Source of the DNA: Macrostomum hystrix | Lineage: Eukaryota; Animalia; Platyhelminthes | Assembly (NCBI GenBank): GCA_950097015.1 | Contig: CATNEN010000038.1 | Span: forward strand, 16,306,001 to 16,370,000 | Length of the DNA stretch: 64,000 bases | Direction of reading: 5' to 3' | Shown here: piece by piece, positions 51,601 to 60,411 of the stretch | Position numbering within the stretch: the first letter of the stretch is position 1 | Layout of the letters: each line of letters starts with the position of its first letter | Translations under genes and position numbers: made by a program | The notes under the pieces: model-generated | Told to the model about the DNA's origin: nothing | The model's input: only the letters and a program-made list of their open reading frames with translations | Database searches by the model: none

Positions 51601-54600
51601 TGTAGAGATAAGACATTCCGCCTGAGGGAGAAATCGTGTGCGGATTATAAAATCAGGAATTGCAAAATCCCTTTTGTTAAGTTTGGCAGGAGATCAGCGC
51701 AAATGTCACATAGCTTAGAGCCTTTTCTAGCCCACAGTAACTGAGCGAAAGCTGGGGTCCCTAAAAGACTATTTTTCACTGAAACACTTTCTGTCCTTCT
51801 GCAACAGCGTCTGCGCTTGCGACCAGATTTTAGCCAGAGAAAAAATACCCGCAAACTATGCCCTCTACTGCCTTCCTTGTTTTGTCTGTCCTGTGACTGA
51901 CGCACTTACTAAGATACTATATTTTAATGGCCAGCTTTTGCATAGCAAAGTTATTCGTAAAAATTACGGATATAATAGTCTATTAGCTCCACATGGTTAC
52001 TAATATAGTCTACTAATGTTCTATATTGTCTGGAATGCATTATATATTTTATATAGTTTTTGTGTAACCATTTAACAAGTATTACTTTGCTATTAGATTA
52101 TGACTATAGTATGGTATAATATGAATACGATTAGTCAGATTATATAATCGATTAGTCATGTTAAAGAATCTTTTGGTCAGATTAGATAATCGATTAGTCT
52201 GATTAAATTAACGATTAGTGAGATTGTATAATCGATTAGGTCAGATTAGATAACCGATTAGGTCAGATTAGAAAATCGATTAGTCTGATTAGACAATCAA
52301 TTAGTCAGATTAGATAATCGATTAGTCATGTTAAAGAATCTTTTGGTCAGATTAGATAATCGATTAGTCTGATTAAATTAACGATTAGTGAGATTGTATA
52401 ATCGATTAGTCAGATTAGATAATCGATTAGGTCAGATTAGATAACCGATTAGGTCAGATTAGACAATCAATTAGTCAGATTAGATAATCGATTGGTCTGA
52501 TTAGATTAACGATTAGGTCAGATTGGATAATCGATTAGGTCAGATTAGATAATCGATTAGGTCAGATTAGATAATCGATTAGGTCAGATTAGATAATCGA
52601 TTAGGTCAGATTAGATAATATATTAATCACGTTAGATAACCGATTAGGTCAGATTAGATAACCGATTAGTCAGATTAGATAATCGATTAGTCAGGTTAGA
52701 TAACCGATTAGGTCAGATTAGATAATCGATTAGGTCAGATTAGATAATATATTAGTCAGATATAATCTCTAACTAGTCTGATTAAATATCAGATTTCTGC
52801 AGTATTTAAGCTTTCATTATTTCACAAGCAACTTGACATTTGACTCGCGGCTTCAACCTCGCACCTGCAGCAATCTGCAAGACATCAGCCTGGTTACCGT
52901 AAAGGTATTCCGCGAGGCCAACCGCAAGAAGAAGAAAGATCACAACCAATTAGTGGGCGAAGTACACCTGCCGGTGCACGAGATTCTCTCCCAGACTGAG
53001 CAGTGGTACAGCCTGCAGCCGACCAGCAGGTCCGGCAATGCGTCGCCATCGCTGCGAGTGAAATCCCGCTACCTGAGCGTCGACGTCCTGCCATTGTCCT
53101 GGTACGCCGGGCTGCGACAATTTCTCCTGGCTGACTATTGCCAGATTGTGCGCCTATTAGAGCCAAATCTGCCTGTGAGGACCAAGGAGGATTTCGCTTG
53201 CGGCCTGGTCGCCCTGGCCCACTCCGGCGGCCTGTCCGAGACTCTGGTGGCTGATCTTCTTCTGCAAGAATTCGAACACTGCGGCAGCAGCGAGGCATCA
53301 GCTGTTGTCGCCTTCCGTGGCAACTCCATAGCAACCAAAAGTGTGGAATATTATTTAAAACTAGTCGGATCGGATTATCTTCGTTCGGTCCTAGCCGAGC
53401 CTATTTCTATATTGTTGCGCAGCGACGAATGCTGCGAAGTAGATCCCGTTCGAGTGTCAGGCCCAGCCGAATTGGACTCAAACCAACGCTCGCTGCGCCT
53501 ATTCGCTGAGCTGTTCTGGACTCGGGTGTACACATCGTCAGAGCGTTTGCCACCTGAATTCAGCCGCCTGTTTGCCGGCATCCGCAGGCGCAGCGGACAG
53601 CGACTCTGCGATCAACTGGTCGGGGCCAGCATCTTTCTGCGCTTCATCTGTCCGGCCATTCTGGGACCCTCGCTGTTCGGACTGTGCCAGGAGCTGCCGG
53701 GACCGAGGGCAGCGAGATCGCTCACGCTCATTGCTAAGACGGTGCAGAACCTGGCTAACGGTGAGCGTTTGCCGGCGGAACTGAAAGATTCTCAATGGGG
53801 GTCAGTTGACCTCGGTGTGTCGTTGAACTGAAAGATTCTCAATGGGGGTCAGTTGACCTCGGTGTGTCGTTGAACTGAAAGATTCTCAATGGGGGTCAGT
53901 TGACCTCGGTGTGTCGTTGAACTGAAAGATTCTCAATGGGGGTCAGTTGACCTCGGTGTGTCGTTGAACTGAAAGATTCTCAATGGGGGTCAGTTGACCT
54001 CGGTGTGTCGTTGAACTGAAAGATTCTCAATGGGGGTCAGTTGACCTCGGTGTGTCGTTGAACTGAAAGATTCTCAATGGGGGTCAGTTGACCTCGGTGT
54101 GTCGTTGAACTGAAAGATTCTCAATGGGGGTCAGTTGACCTCGGTGTGTCGTTGAACTGAAAGATTCTCAATGGGGGTCAGTTGACCTCGGTGTGTCGTT
54201 GAACTGAAAGATTCTCAATGGGGGTCAGGGGTCACCAAAATTAGTTTAAGGGGGTCAGGTGACCTCGTTGTGCCGTTAAACTAGAAGATTCTAATGGGGG
54301 TCAGGGGTCACCATAAGTTGTTTAGGGGGTCAGTTGACCTCAGTGTGTCATTGAACTGAAAGATTCTCATATGGTTCAGTAGATCATGGAAGTTATTGTA
54401 GGTCAATGGGTCAGTGGACTTGGCATTGCCTTAAAGTAGTGGGGCTATGGTAGTCCATTGACCATAGCATTCTTAAGGTTTAAATGCTAAATGATAACTC
54501 GTATTTACTAACAAGCATTTCACACCTTTTTTCCTGACATTTCTACTTAAAGTAGTCAAAATCGCGAAATAAGCATTTCTTCTTTTTACCAAACAATTCA

Positions 54601-56319
54601 GGCGCCACATTCGGCGGCAAGGAGGCGTACATGAACTTCATGAACAAGTTCTTGGAGCAGCATCAGGCCAACATGGCCAAGTTCGTGGCTTGTCTGCAAC
54701 GGTCTGCCAGACCCAACGACGAAGCCTCGGGCGCGTCGGCAGCCGGCGCGACGTCGTTCAGTTCTTCGGCCGACTCTGTCGACGCAGGATTTGAACTGGC
54801 TCAGATTCACACGCTGCTGGCGTCCGCGCTGGACCTTCTGGCGCGTCAGGGCGGCGGCATGGAGGCAGTGGTTAGCAACCAGCCATGCCTCTCTCAGTTG
54901 GCCAATCACCTGGCAACGGTGTCTCTGTGCATCAAACAGAATTGTCCGCCGCCGCCTCCTACTCAGCAGCAGCAGCAGTCTCCGCCGCAGCTTCAACCGC
55001 GCTCAGCTTCTTTGGCGTCTAGCGGTAGCAACAGTGGCGGCGGCGTCCTTGACGACAGCCAATCGGCGACTAGGCCGATAGTGCGAGAATGGCGGCAGTG
55101 GCAACCGTCGTCAGGTGAAATTACCAATGCCAGATCGACGGAAAAGGTAATTTGTTAAATGAAAAGATTCTCAGGAAACGCCCGATTCTCAGATTCTCAG
55201 GAATCGCCGAATTCTCAGATTCTCAGGAATTGCCCGATTCTCAGATTCTCGGGAATCCCTTAATTCTCAGATTCTCAGATATCGATGAATTCTATGATTC
55301 TCGGGAATCGCCGATTTCTCAGATTCTTGATAATTGACGAATTCTCAAGTTCTCAGGAATCGCCGAATTCTTAGATTCTCGGAATTCCAAAATTCGCAAA
55401 TTCGCAGGAATCGCACGATTCTTTAAAAAAAACGCCGCACTTTAACAAACAGGTAACCATGACAACCGCATCAGCATCGCCAGCGTTAGCCGTCAACTCT
55501 CGCCCAATCTCAGCAATGGCCATCCAGGATGACTGGCGCCGCGTCTTAGACGAAGCTGCGGCCTCGGCGGCTGCCACCGTGGCGACAGCCTCGGCAGCTG
55601 TGGCCGCTGTTAGCTCGGCTACCGCCTCCAATACGGATAGCAGCGGCTACCAGAGTGGCAATTATCGCCGTCAGCAGCAGCAGCAGCAACAGCAGTCACG
55701 CCTTGACGCTTCAAAGTTGTCGAACTCTCCGGTGCAGTTTCACAATCCTTCATATCAGAAGCCGGTCACCGCTCTGCAGTTGCCAACTGATTCATCTGGC
55801 AGCCTGCAGGCCTTCCAATCCGCTAACACTGCTTTTAGAAGCAGCAGCATTAGCGACAGCAGCAGCGACAGCAGCGACAGCAGCAGCGGCACTAACAACA
55901 GCAGCGAAATTGTGGCTTCCAGCAGTCCTGAAAGTGGCAGCGGATTCAACAGCGGAGATCCGGTGAATCAACAACCACAGCAGCAGCCTCCGCCTCTTCC
56001 TCCGCACCGAGTTCGCATGGGTCTGAACTCGGTGCAGCATCCGCATCATAATCAGCAGCAGCAGCAGCAGCAGCAGAATCAGCTTCAGGACTCGGAGCTG
56101 CTGGAGCTTCAGCGCCAGCTCGGTGAAACCCGCCAGAGACTCAAGGAGGCCGAAGATCGACTGCGCGAAAACGAGCGGGAGAAGCAGCTATTGCTGCAAG
56201 ACTTTCACCGCGGCGCCGAGGAGCGCCAGCGTAGGGAAGCCGACAACAGTCGACAGCTGGCTGAGATTATGGAGCGCCTGCGGCTGCTGGAGAACGGCCT
56301 GCCCGCCGCGCCGCGATGA
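27228..56319 (+). CDS. SynGAP/DAB2IP/RASAL2-type Ras GTPase-activating protein (PH-C2-RasGAP-coiled coil); exons 27228-27352, 29534-29705, 33528-33707, 34515-34792, 36262-36522, 45028-45277, 50598-50698, 50767-50871, 52871-53760, 54602-55146, 55453-56319; true 5' end upstream, unresolved
   Basis: SIKRTRSIAKLD, SHESLL, PH segment FAAQSADEARKW, C2 domain ENSLKLWIFEAKRLP..YFCEICL..LYART..FWGEPFEF, GAP motifs FRGNSIATK, FLRFICPAILGPSLFGL, LTLIAKTVQNLAN and FGGKEAYMNFMN, and a C-terminal coiled coil. Splice phases were checked. Confidence 0.93.
27910..28440. repeat. 20-bp minisatellite
   Basis: (CAGACAAGACACATTTCCTT)n. Confidence 0.9.
29762..31620. repeat. 28-bp array (29762-30030) grading into a 31-bp array (30040-31620)
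   Basis: CTCACTGAGGAACAGGGAGGGCAACCCA changes to (AAAGAATTAATGAATGGCAACCCAATCATTC)n. Confidence 0.95.
32577..32688 (+). CDS. Candidate alternative first coding exon of the RasGAP (MSSPFKRLASLRRSD...)
   Basis: ATG ORF ending in A|GTGAGA (phase 1), in frame with exon 33528. Confidence 0.55.
32725..33295. repeat. 46-bp (2x23) minisatellite
   Basis: (GCCATTTTGAAGATCTGGGAAGTGCCATTCAGTTGATATGGGATGT)n. Confidence 0.9.
33305..33402 (-). mobile_element. SINE head fragment
   Basis: Reverse complement reads GCTGTGGTTAGAGC...GGAGTTCGATTCTC...TCCTTGAGCAAGGCGCTT. Similar isolated plus-strand heads lie at ~27050-27150 and ~37170-37225. Confidence 0.55.
33835..34430. repeat. 30-bp minisatellite
   Basis: (GATTAAGGTCTGGATCCCATCAAATCCCAA)n. 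Confidence 0.9.
34817..36165. repeat. 23-bp minisatellite
   Basis: (GGATTTCATGATCCTTTCGGGTA)n. Confidence 0.95.
36815..37062 (-). mobile_element. SINE family B copy, preceded by a family A internal fragment at ~36660-36742
   Basis: Reverse complement matches the head (GAGGTTGTAGCCTTGTGGTTAGAGCG..GGTTCGATTTC) and body of 1586-1800. Confidence 0.8.
37788..39228. repeat. 42-bp minisatellite
   Basis: (TTATCGATAGTGACAGTCGACTATTGAGTYGCCGTTATCTAG)n. Confidence 0.97.
39975..40215 (+). mobile_element. SINE family B copy
   Basis: GTTCGATTCC B box, core, and CAGTCCATGGACTGAACAGCCGTACGCAG body. Confidence 0.8.
40670..41305. repeat. 16-bp minisatellite
   Basis: (TTACCGAAATCMTACW)n. Confidence 0.9.
42234..42592 (+). 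CDS. Candidate alternative first coding exon of the RasGAP
   Basis: 120-aa ATG ORF ending in TG|GTGAGC (phase 2), in frame with exon 45028. Confidence 0.6.
42765..43050 (+). mobile_element. Two tandem truncated SINE B-like heads
   Basis: Repeated TTCTGACCGG..GTGAGTTC.AATCTCACCAC..CAAGACACTT..CATTGCTTCAG..CCAGCTGTAAC. Confidence 0.65.
44533..44564 (-). ncRNA. Penelope-type minimal hammerhead ribozyme motif
   Basis: Minus strand CTGAAGA-T-GCAC-ctagga-GTGC-GAAA-CGCG-TC: conserved CUGANGA and GAAA cores, stem II, palindromic ACGCGT stem III and a GUC triplet. Stem I is weak. Confidence 0.65.
45395..46420. repeat. 21-bp minisatellite
   Basis: (GGTAAGGCTGGTAGGTTAACC)n. Confidence 0.93.
47028..47480. 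repeat. 43-bp minisatellite
   Basis: (GAGATTAGATTGATAAACTGTGAGGAGAGAGAATAGACGGGAT)n. Confidence 0.9.
47775..48102. repeat. 36-bp pyrimidine-rich minisatellite
   Basis: (CTGTACTTCTCACCTCAATCTCCCCTTCTCTCTGCT)n. Confidence 0.9.
50436..50503 (+). CDS. Candidate short alternative first exon of the RasGAP (PH-less isoform)
   Basis: MIPISISFVSRELLSSIWTGPL followed by AT|GTAAGA (phase 2), in frame with exon 50598. Confidence 0.4.
50905..51450. repeat. 21-bp minisatellite
   Basis: (CTACTTTGCTAATCCCAGTCT)n. Confidence 0.93.
52128..52760. repeat. 21-22-bp minisatellite
   Basis: (GATTAGATAATCGATTAGGTCA)n. Confidence 0.9.
53779..54370. repeat. 47-bp nearly homogeneous minisatellite, degenerate after ~54230
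   Basis: (AACTGAAAGATTCTCAATGGGGGTCAGTTGACCTCGGTGTGTCGTTG)n, starting 19 nt after the exon donor. Confidence 0.95.
55165..55420. repeat. 26-bp minisatellite in the last RasGAP intron
   Basis: (GATTCTCAGGAATCGCCGAATTCTCA)n, degenerate. Confidence 0.85.
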
Positions 56320-56415
56320 TCTGCCCGCGTTCAGTGCCGACATTGTGGCGCGCTTGCATTCCTCAGTTTGAGTAGCTTGTGCAGCGCTCAGTGAATGAGA
56401 TAGATTAGCAATCCA

Positions 56416-56865
56416 TAACAGTAATAATTAGATATTATAATAATTGCAGGAGGGCTGCGGGCAATGGCACCTCAGTTGGGAACAGCAGATCCGCAGCCAG
56501 CGAGGAGGCAATTCTGCCCATTTCGCTGACTCCTGAGCACACACGCACTCTCACACAGGTGCGTACATCTGCACCGACTTACTCATCGTCAGGCAGTGTA
56601 CACTGCCACTGTGCCTTAGAGGTTGGCCCTCAAGGGCGTAAATCGTACACGATGCCTTCAAGCCTTCTCTCCGCGGCTGCGCCCCAAATAAATGTGGCCT
56701 CGCCGCGGAAACGAACTCAGGGACCTTGGTGCGAGAGGCAAACGCTATGGGTGAAGCAATGCATAGTGTTAAGTGTCTTGTCAAAGTTCCATGGAAGTCG
56801 AACACCTGACCTAGTCGCGATTCTGAGCTCTTACCACTAAATCCTTTAAAAAGACATCTGGTGGA
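56416..56865 (-). mobile_element. Composite SINE: family B head fused to a family A element, in the RasGAP 3' region
   Basis: 56440-56745 matches family A and 56755-56840 matches the family B tRNA head/core. Both lie within a 16-bp direct repeat ATAGATTAGCAATCCA (56400-56415 / 56866-56881). Confidence 0.75.
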
Positions 56866-57599
56866 ATAGATTAGCAATCCAACAGTATTTTCCCCTACTA
56901 CTGCGAATGGTATAGCTTAGGCAAACCATTTCTTGAACGCAGCAAAAATCTATGACCTGTACTTTGCTCTACTGACTACTCGCCACAAAAGTAAGTAGTA
57001 TGTTCGAAATTCTACATAAAAATGCAATTCAACGAAAATTGTTTTATTGTCTCTGTTGCTATATTGTATTTGTAAAGCTTGAATTGTGTGAGTATTTTTG
57101 TTGATCTTTCTGGCTTAACTGTGTTAAAATAACATAAGCATCGTCACTTCAGTGTAAAATGTTATATTACTACCTGTTGCAGGTAGTATGAAATTTACGT
57201 GTTTTTTAATAGTTTTTATGATTAGACAAATAATTAACAATAGTCACTTGTCGCTTGCAGACTACTATTAGTAGAAGGGATTTCTCTTGCAATTTCCGCA
57301 GTGCCTCTAATCAGTCCTAACTTGACTTTAGTTGAAGCAAACGTGTGATATTCGCTGCAACGTTTAGTAAAAATTGACATTTGGTTAATATGGCACTTTT
57401 TGCTTGTAAGTAGCATCTCATTTACTTTATTATATTATTAGCTTTAACTATAAACATACCTCTGTTGATTGATAAGAAATTGATGCAATCGGGAGCCTAT
57501 TTTGCTATTATTGATGGCTTTTTTATTTTGTTAAAATTCGAGTTAATGAATCTCCGAAATCGGTTTGAGCAATCCATTCTCATAAATCATGGAGTTCTT

Positions 57600-58548
57600 A
57601 AATTCCCAGTAATCGTCGAATTTCTCAGATTCTCAGGAATCGCCGAATTCTCAGATTCTCGGGAATCGCCGAGTTCTCAGATTCTCAGGAATCGCCGAAT
57701 TCTCATATTTTTTTAATCGTCAAGTTCTAAAATTCTTGGGTATCGGCTAATTCTCAGATTCTCGGGAATCGCCGAATTCTCAGATTCTCAGAAATTGCCG
57801 GATTCTCAGATTCTCAGGAATCGCCGAATTCTCAGATTCTCAGAAATCGCCAATTTCTTAGATTCTCAGGAATCGCCGAATTCTCAGATTCTCGGGAATC
57901 GCCGAGTTCTCAGATTCTCAGGAATCGCCGAATTCTCAGATTCTCAGAAATTGCCGGATTCTCAGATTCTCAGGAATCGCCGAATTCTCAGATTCTCAGA
58001 AATCGCCAATTTCTCAGATTCTCAGGAATCGCCGAATTCTCAGATTCTCGGGAATCGCCGAGTTCTCAGATTCTCAGGAATCGCCGAATTCTCATATTTT
58101 TTTAATCGTCAAGTTCTAAAATTCTTGGGTATCGGCTAATTCTCAGGTTCTCGGGAATCGCCGAATTCTCAGATTCTCAGAAATTGCCGGATTCTCAGAT
58201 TCTCAGGAATCGCCGAATTCTCAGATTCTCAGAAATCGCCAATTTCTCAGATTCTCAGGAATCGCCGAATTCTCAGATTCTCGGGAATCGCCAATTTCTC
58301 AGATTCTCAGGAATCGCCGAATTCTCAGATTCTCAGAAATTGCCGGATTCTCAGATTCTCAGGAATCGCCAATTTCTCAGATTCTCAGGAATCGCCGAAT
58401 TCTCAGATTCTCGGGAATCGCCGAGTTCTCATATTCTCAGGAATCGCCGAATTCTCATATTTTTTTTAATCGTCAAGTTCTAAAATTCTTGGGTATCGGC
58501 TAATTCTCAGATTCTCGGGAATCGCCGAGTTCTCAGATTCTTGGGAGT
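57600..58548. repeat. 26-bp minisatellite of the same family as 55165, with a higher-order spacer
   Basis: Same unit. Spacer TTTTTAATCGTCAAGTTCTAAAATTCTTGGGTATCGGCT recurs at ~57708, ~58098 and ~58462. Confidence 0.93.
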
Positions 58549-59254
58549 CGCAAAGGATTTATTCAAATATCACGACAGTCAAAATTCAAAGAAAATAAAT
58601 TTTCTTTGGGAATTCGTCGACTTTCTTAGAATCAGTGAAATCTTCGATTCCGCATATTCTATAATTTATAGTTTCTTTAGGTTTTACACTAACAAACACA
58701 TTTCTCTCGTGATTGTGGTGTCAGGGGTCGGAAAATTATTGTGTTCAGTCGCACGTCACTGTTCAAGTTCAATTGGTTCTAATCTCTACTACTTAGCAGT
58801 TTTATCATGTCATATTGTGTAAATGTGAAACGCTTTGAAAAACTTCACATTTTTTGTGTCATGTAAAATTTTATTTTCAGTTTTTTTAAATACAGATGTG
58901 TTTCTTCTTATTTTACGTTTTGTAAAATTTGCATTCAAGGTTCATATTTTTCATTCGAAAGTAATTGAAAGTTGGTTTATTACAAATCGAAACACAAGGT
59001 GACCTTTATTCCAAGCAGTACAATGATTATCTTCAGCCTCTTAAATTGGAAGCTATGCGAACCTTGTTTCATGTACTCCTGTATTTTTGGATATTTATAT
59101 TTAACATGTAACTTTATTTTATTTTATGTGTACTATTGCTTCATAATAAAATACTTGTAACTATCACAAAATTAAAAAACAGCATCTATAGCTTGAACTT
59201 GTTTTTGAACTTGTTGAGTTTTAATCGAAAACCGTGAATTTCTAGTTCAAAACA

Positions 59255-59962
59255 ATAGAATTCTAATCGAAAACTGTAGAATTCTAATAGAAAACTGTGG
59301 AATTCTAATGGAAAACTGTAGAATTCTAATGGAAAACTGTAGAATTCTAATGGAAAACTGTAGAATTCTAATGGAAAACTGTAGAATTCTAATGGAAAAC
59401 TGTAGAATTCTAATGGAAAACTGTAGAATTCTAATGGAAAACTGTAGAATTCTAATAGAAAACTGTAGAATTCTAATCGAAAACTCTAGAATTCTAATAG
59501 AAAACTGTAGAATTCTAATAAAAAACTGTAGAATTCTAATCGAAAACTGTAGAATTCTAATTGAAAACTGTAGAATTCTAATCGAAAACTGTAGAGTTCT
59601 AATTGAAAACTGTAGAATTCTAATTGAAAACTGTAGAATTCTAATTGAAAACTGTAGAATTCTAATTGAAAACTGTAGAATTCTAATTGAAAACTGTAGA
59701 ATTCTAATCGAAAACTCTAGAATTCTAATAGAAAACTGTAGAATTCTAATAAAAAACTGTAGAATTCTAATCGAAAACTGTAGAATTCTAATTGAAAACT
59801 GTAGAATTCTAATTGAAAACTGTAGAATTCTAATTGAAAACTGTAGAATTCTAATTGAAAACTGTAGAATTCTAATTGAAAACTGTAGAATTCTAATTGA
59901 AAACTGTAGAATTCTAATTGAAAACTGTGAAATTCTTATAGAGAACTGTTGGATTCTAATCG
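59255..59962. repeat. 21-bp minisatellite
   Basis: (GAAAACTGTAGAATTCTAATN)n. Confidence 0.95.
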
Positions 59963-60411
59963 AAGCGGTAGGATTATCAGAAAAAACTGTATTCCTTATT
60001 GGAAACTGTCGAGACACTAAAGTATAAATATATATATAACTTTTTTCAGTCTGATTAGAATATTAAAAATGATTTCAAATGTTTTCCTTTGACCTATGTC
60101 AGAGAAAAAAAACGTCGAGACGTGCATGTCAGCCCGTAAACATGGTTACCGATTATAGTTATTGACGAACTGAGGCAATTAAAATGCATTTTTCCCATTC
60201 CCGTCAGCTACAGCTGCGTGAGGCATGCTCTGCAGTCTGTTTCTATGGCAACTTAATGCTCATTCAGAGTGTGCAAATTTGCTACCCTGTGTGTACATAG
60301 TCTATAGAGAAATGGGAATCCCTCGCTGTTTCTGTCCCATAGCCAGAATTCAGATGTACGTGTCTAATTTTTTACCATCTAAAAAGCTAGATAGATTTTA
60401 TCTCTAGCTAT

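Noticed and set aside
53779-54230. CRISPR-like regular repeats (also 15455-15790)
   Set aside because: Units are head-to-tail with no unique spacers, there are no cas genes, and the context is eukaryotic.
56495-56510. Minus-strand GCCTCCTCGCTGGC matches the HDV ribozyme P3/L3
   Set aside because: No upstream P1 partner, no J1/4 GG or J4/2 in the right order, and the match is not conserved in the copy at 3350. It is explained by the SINE hairpin.
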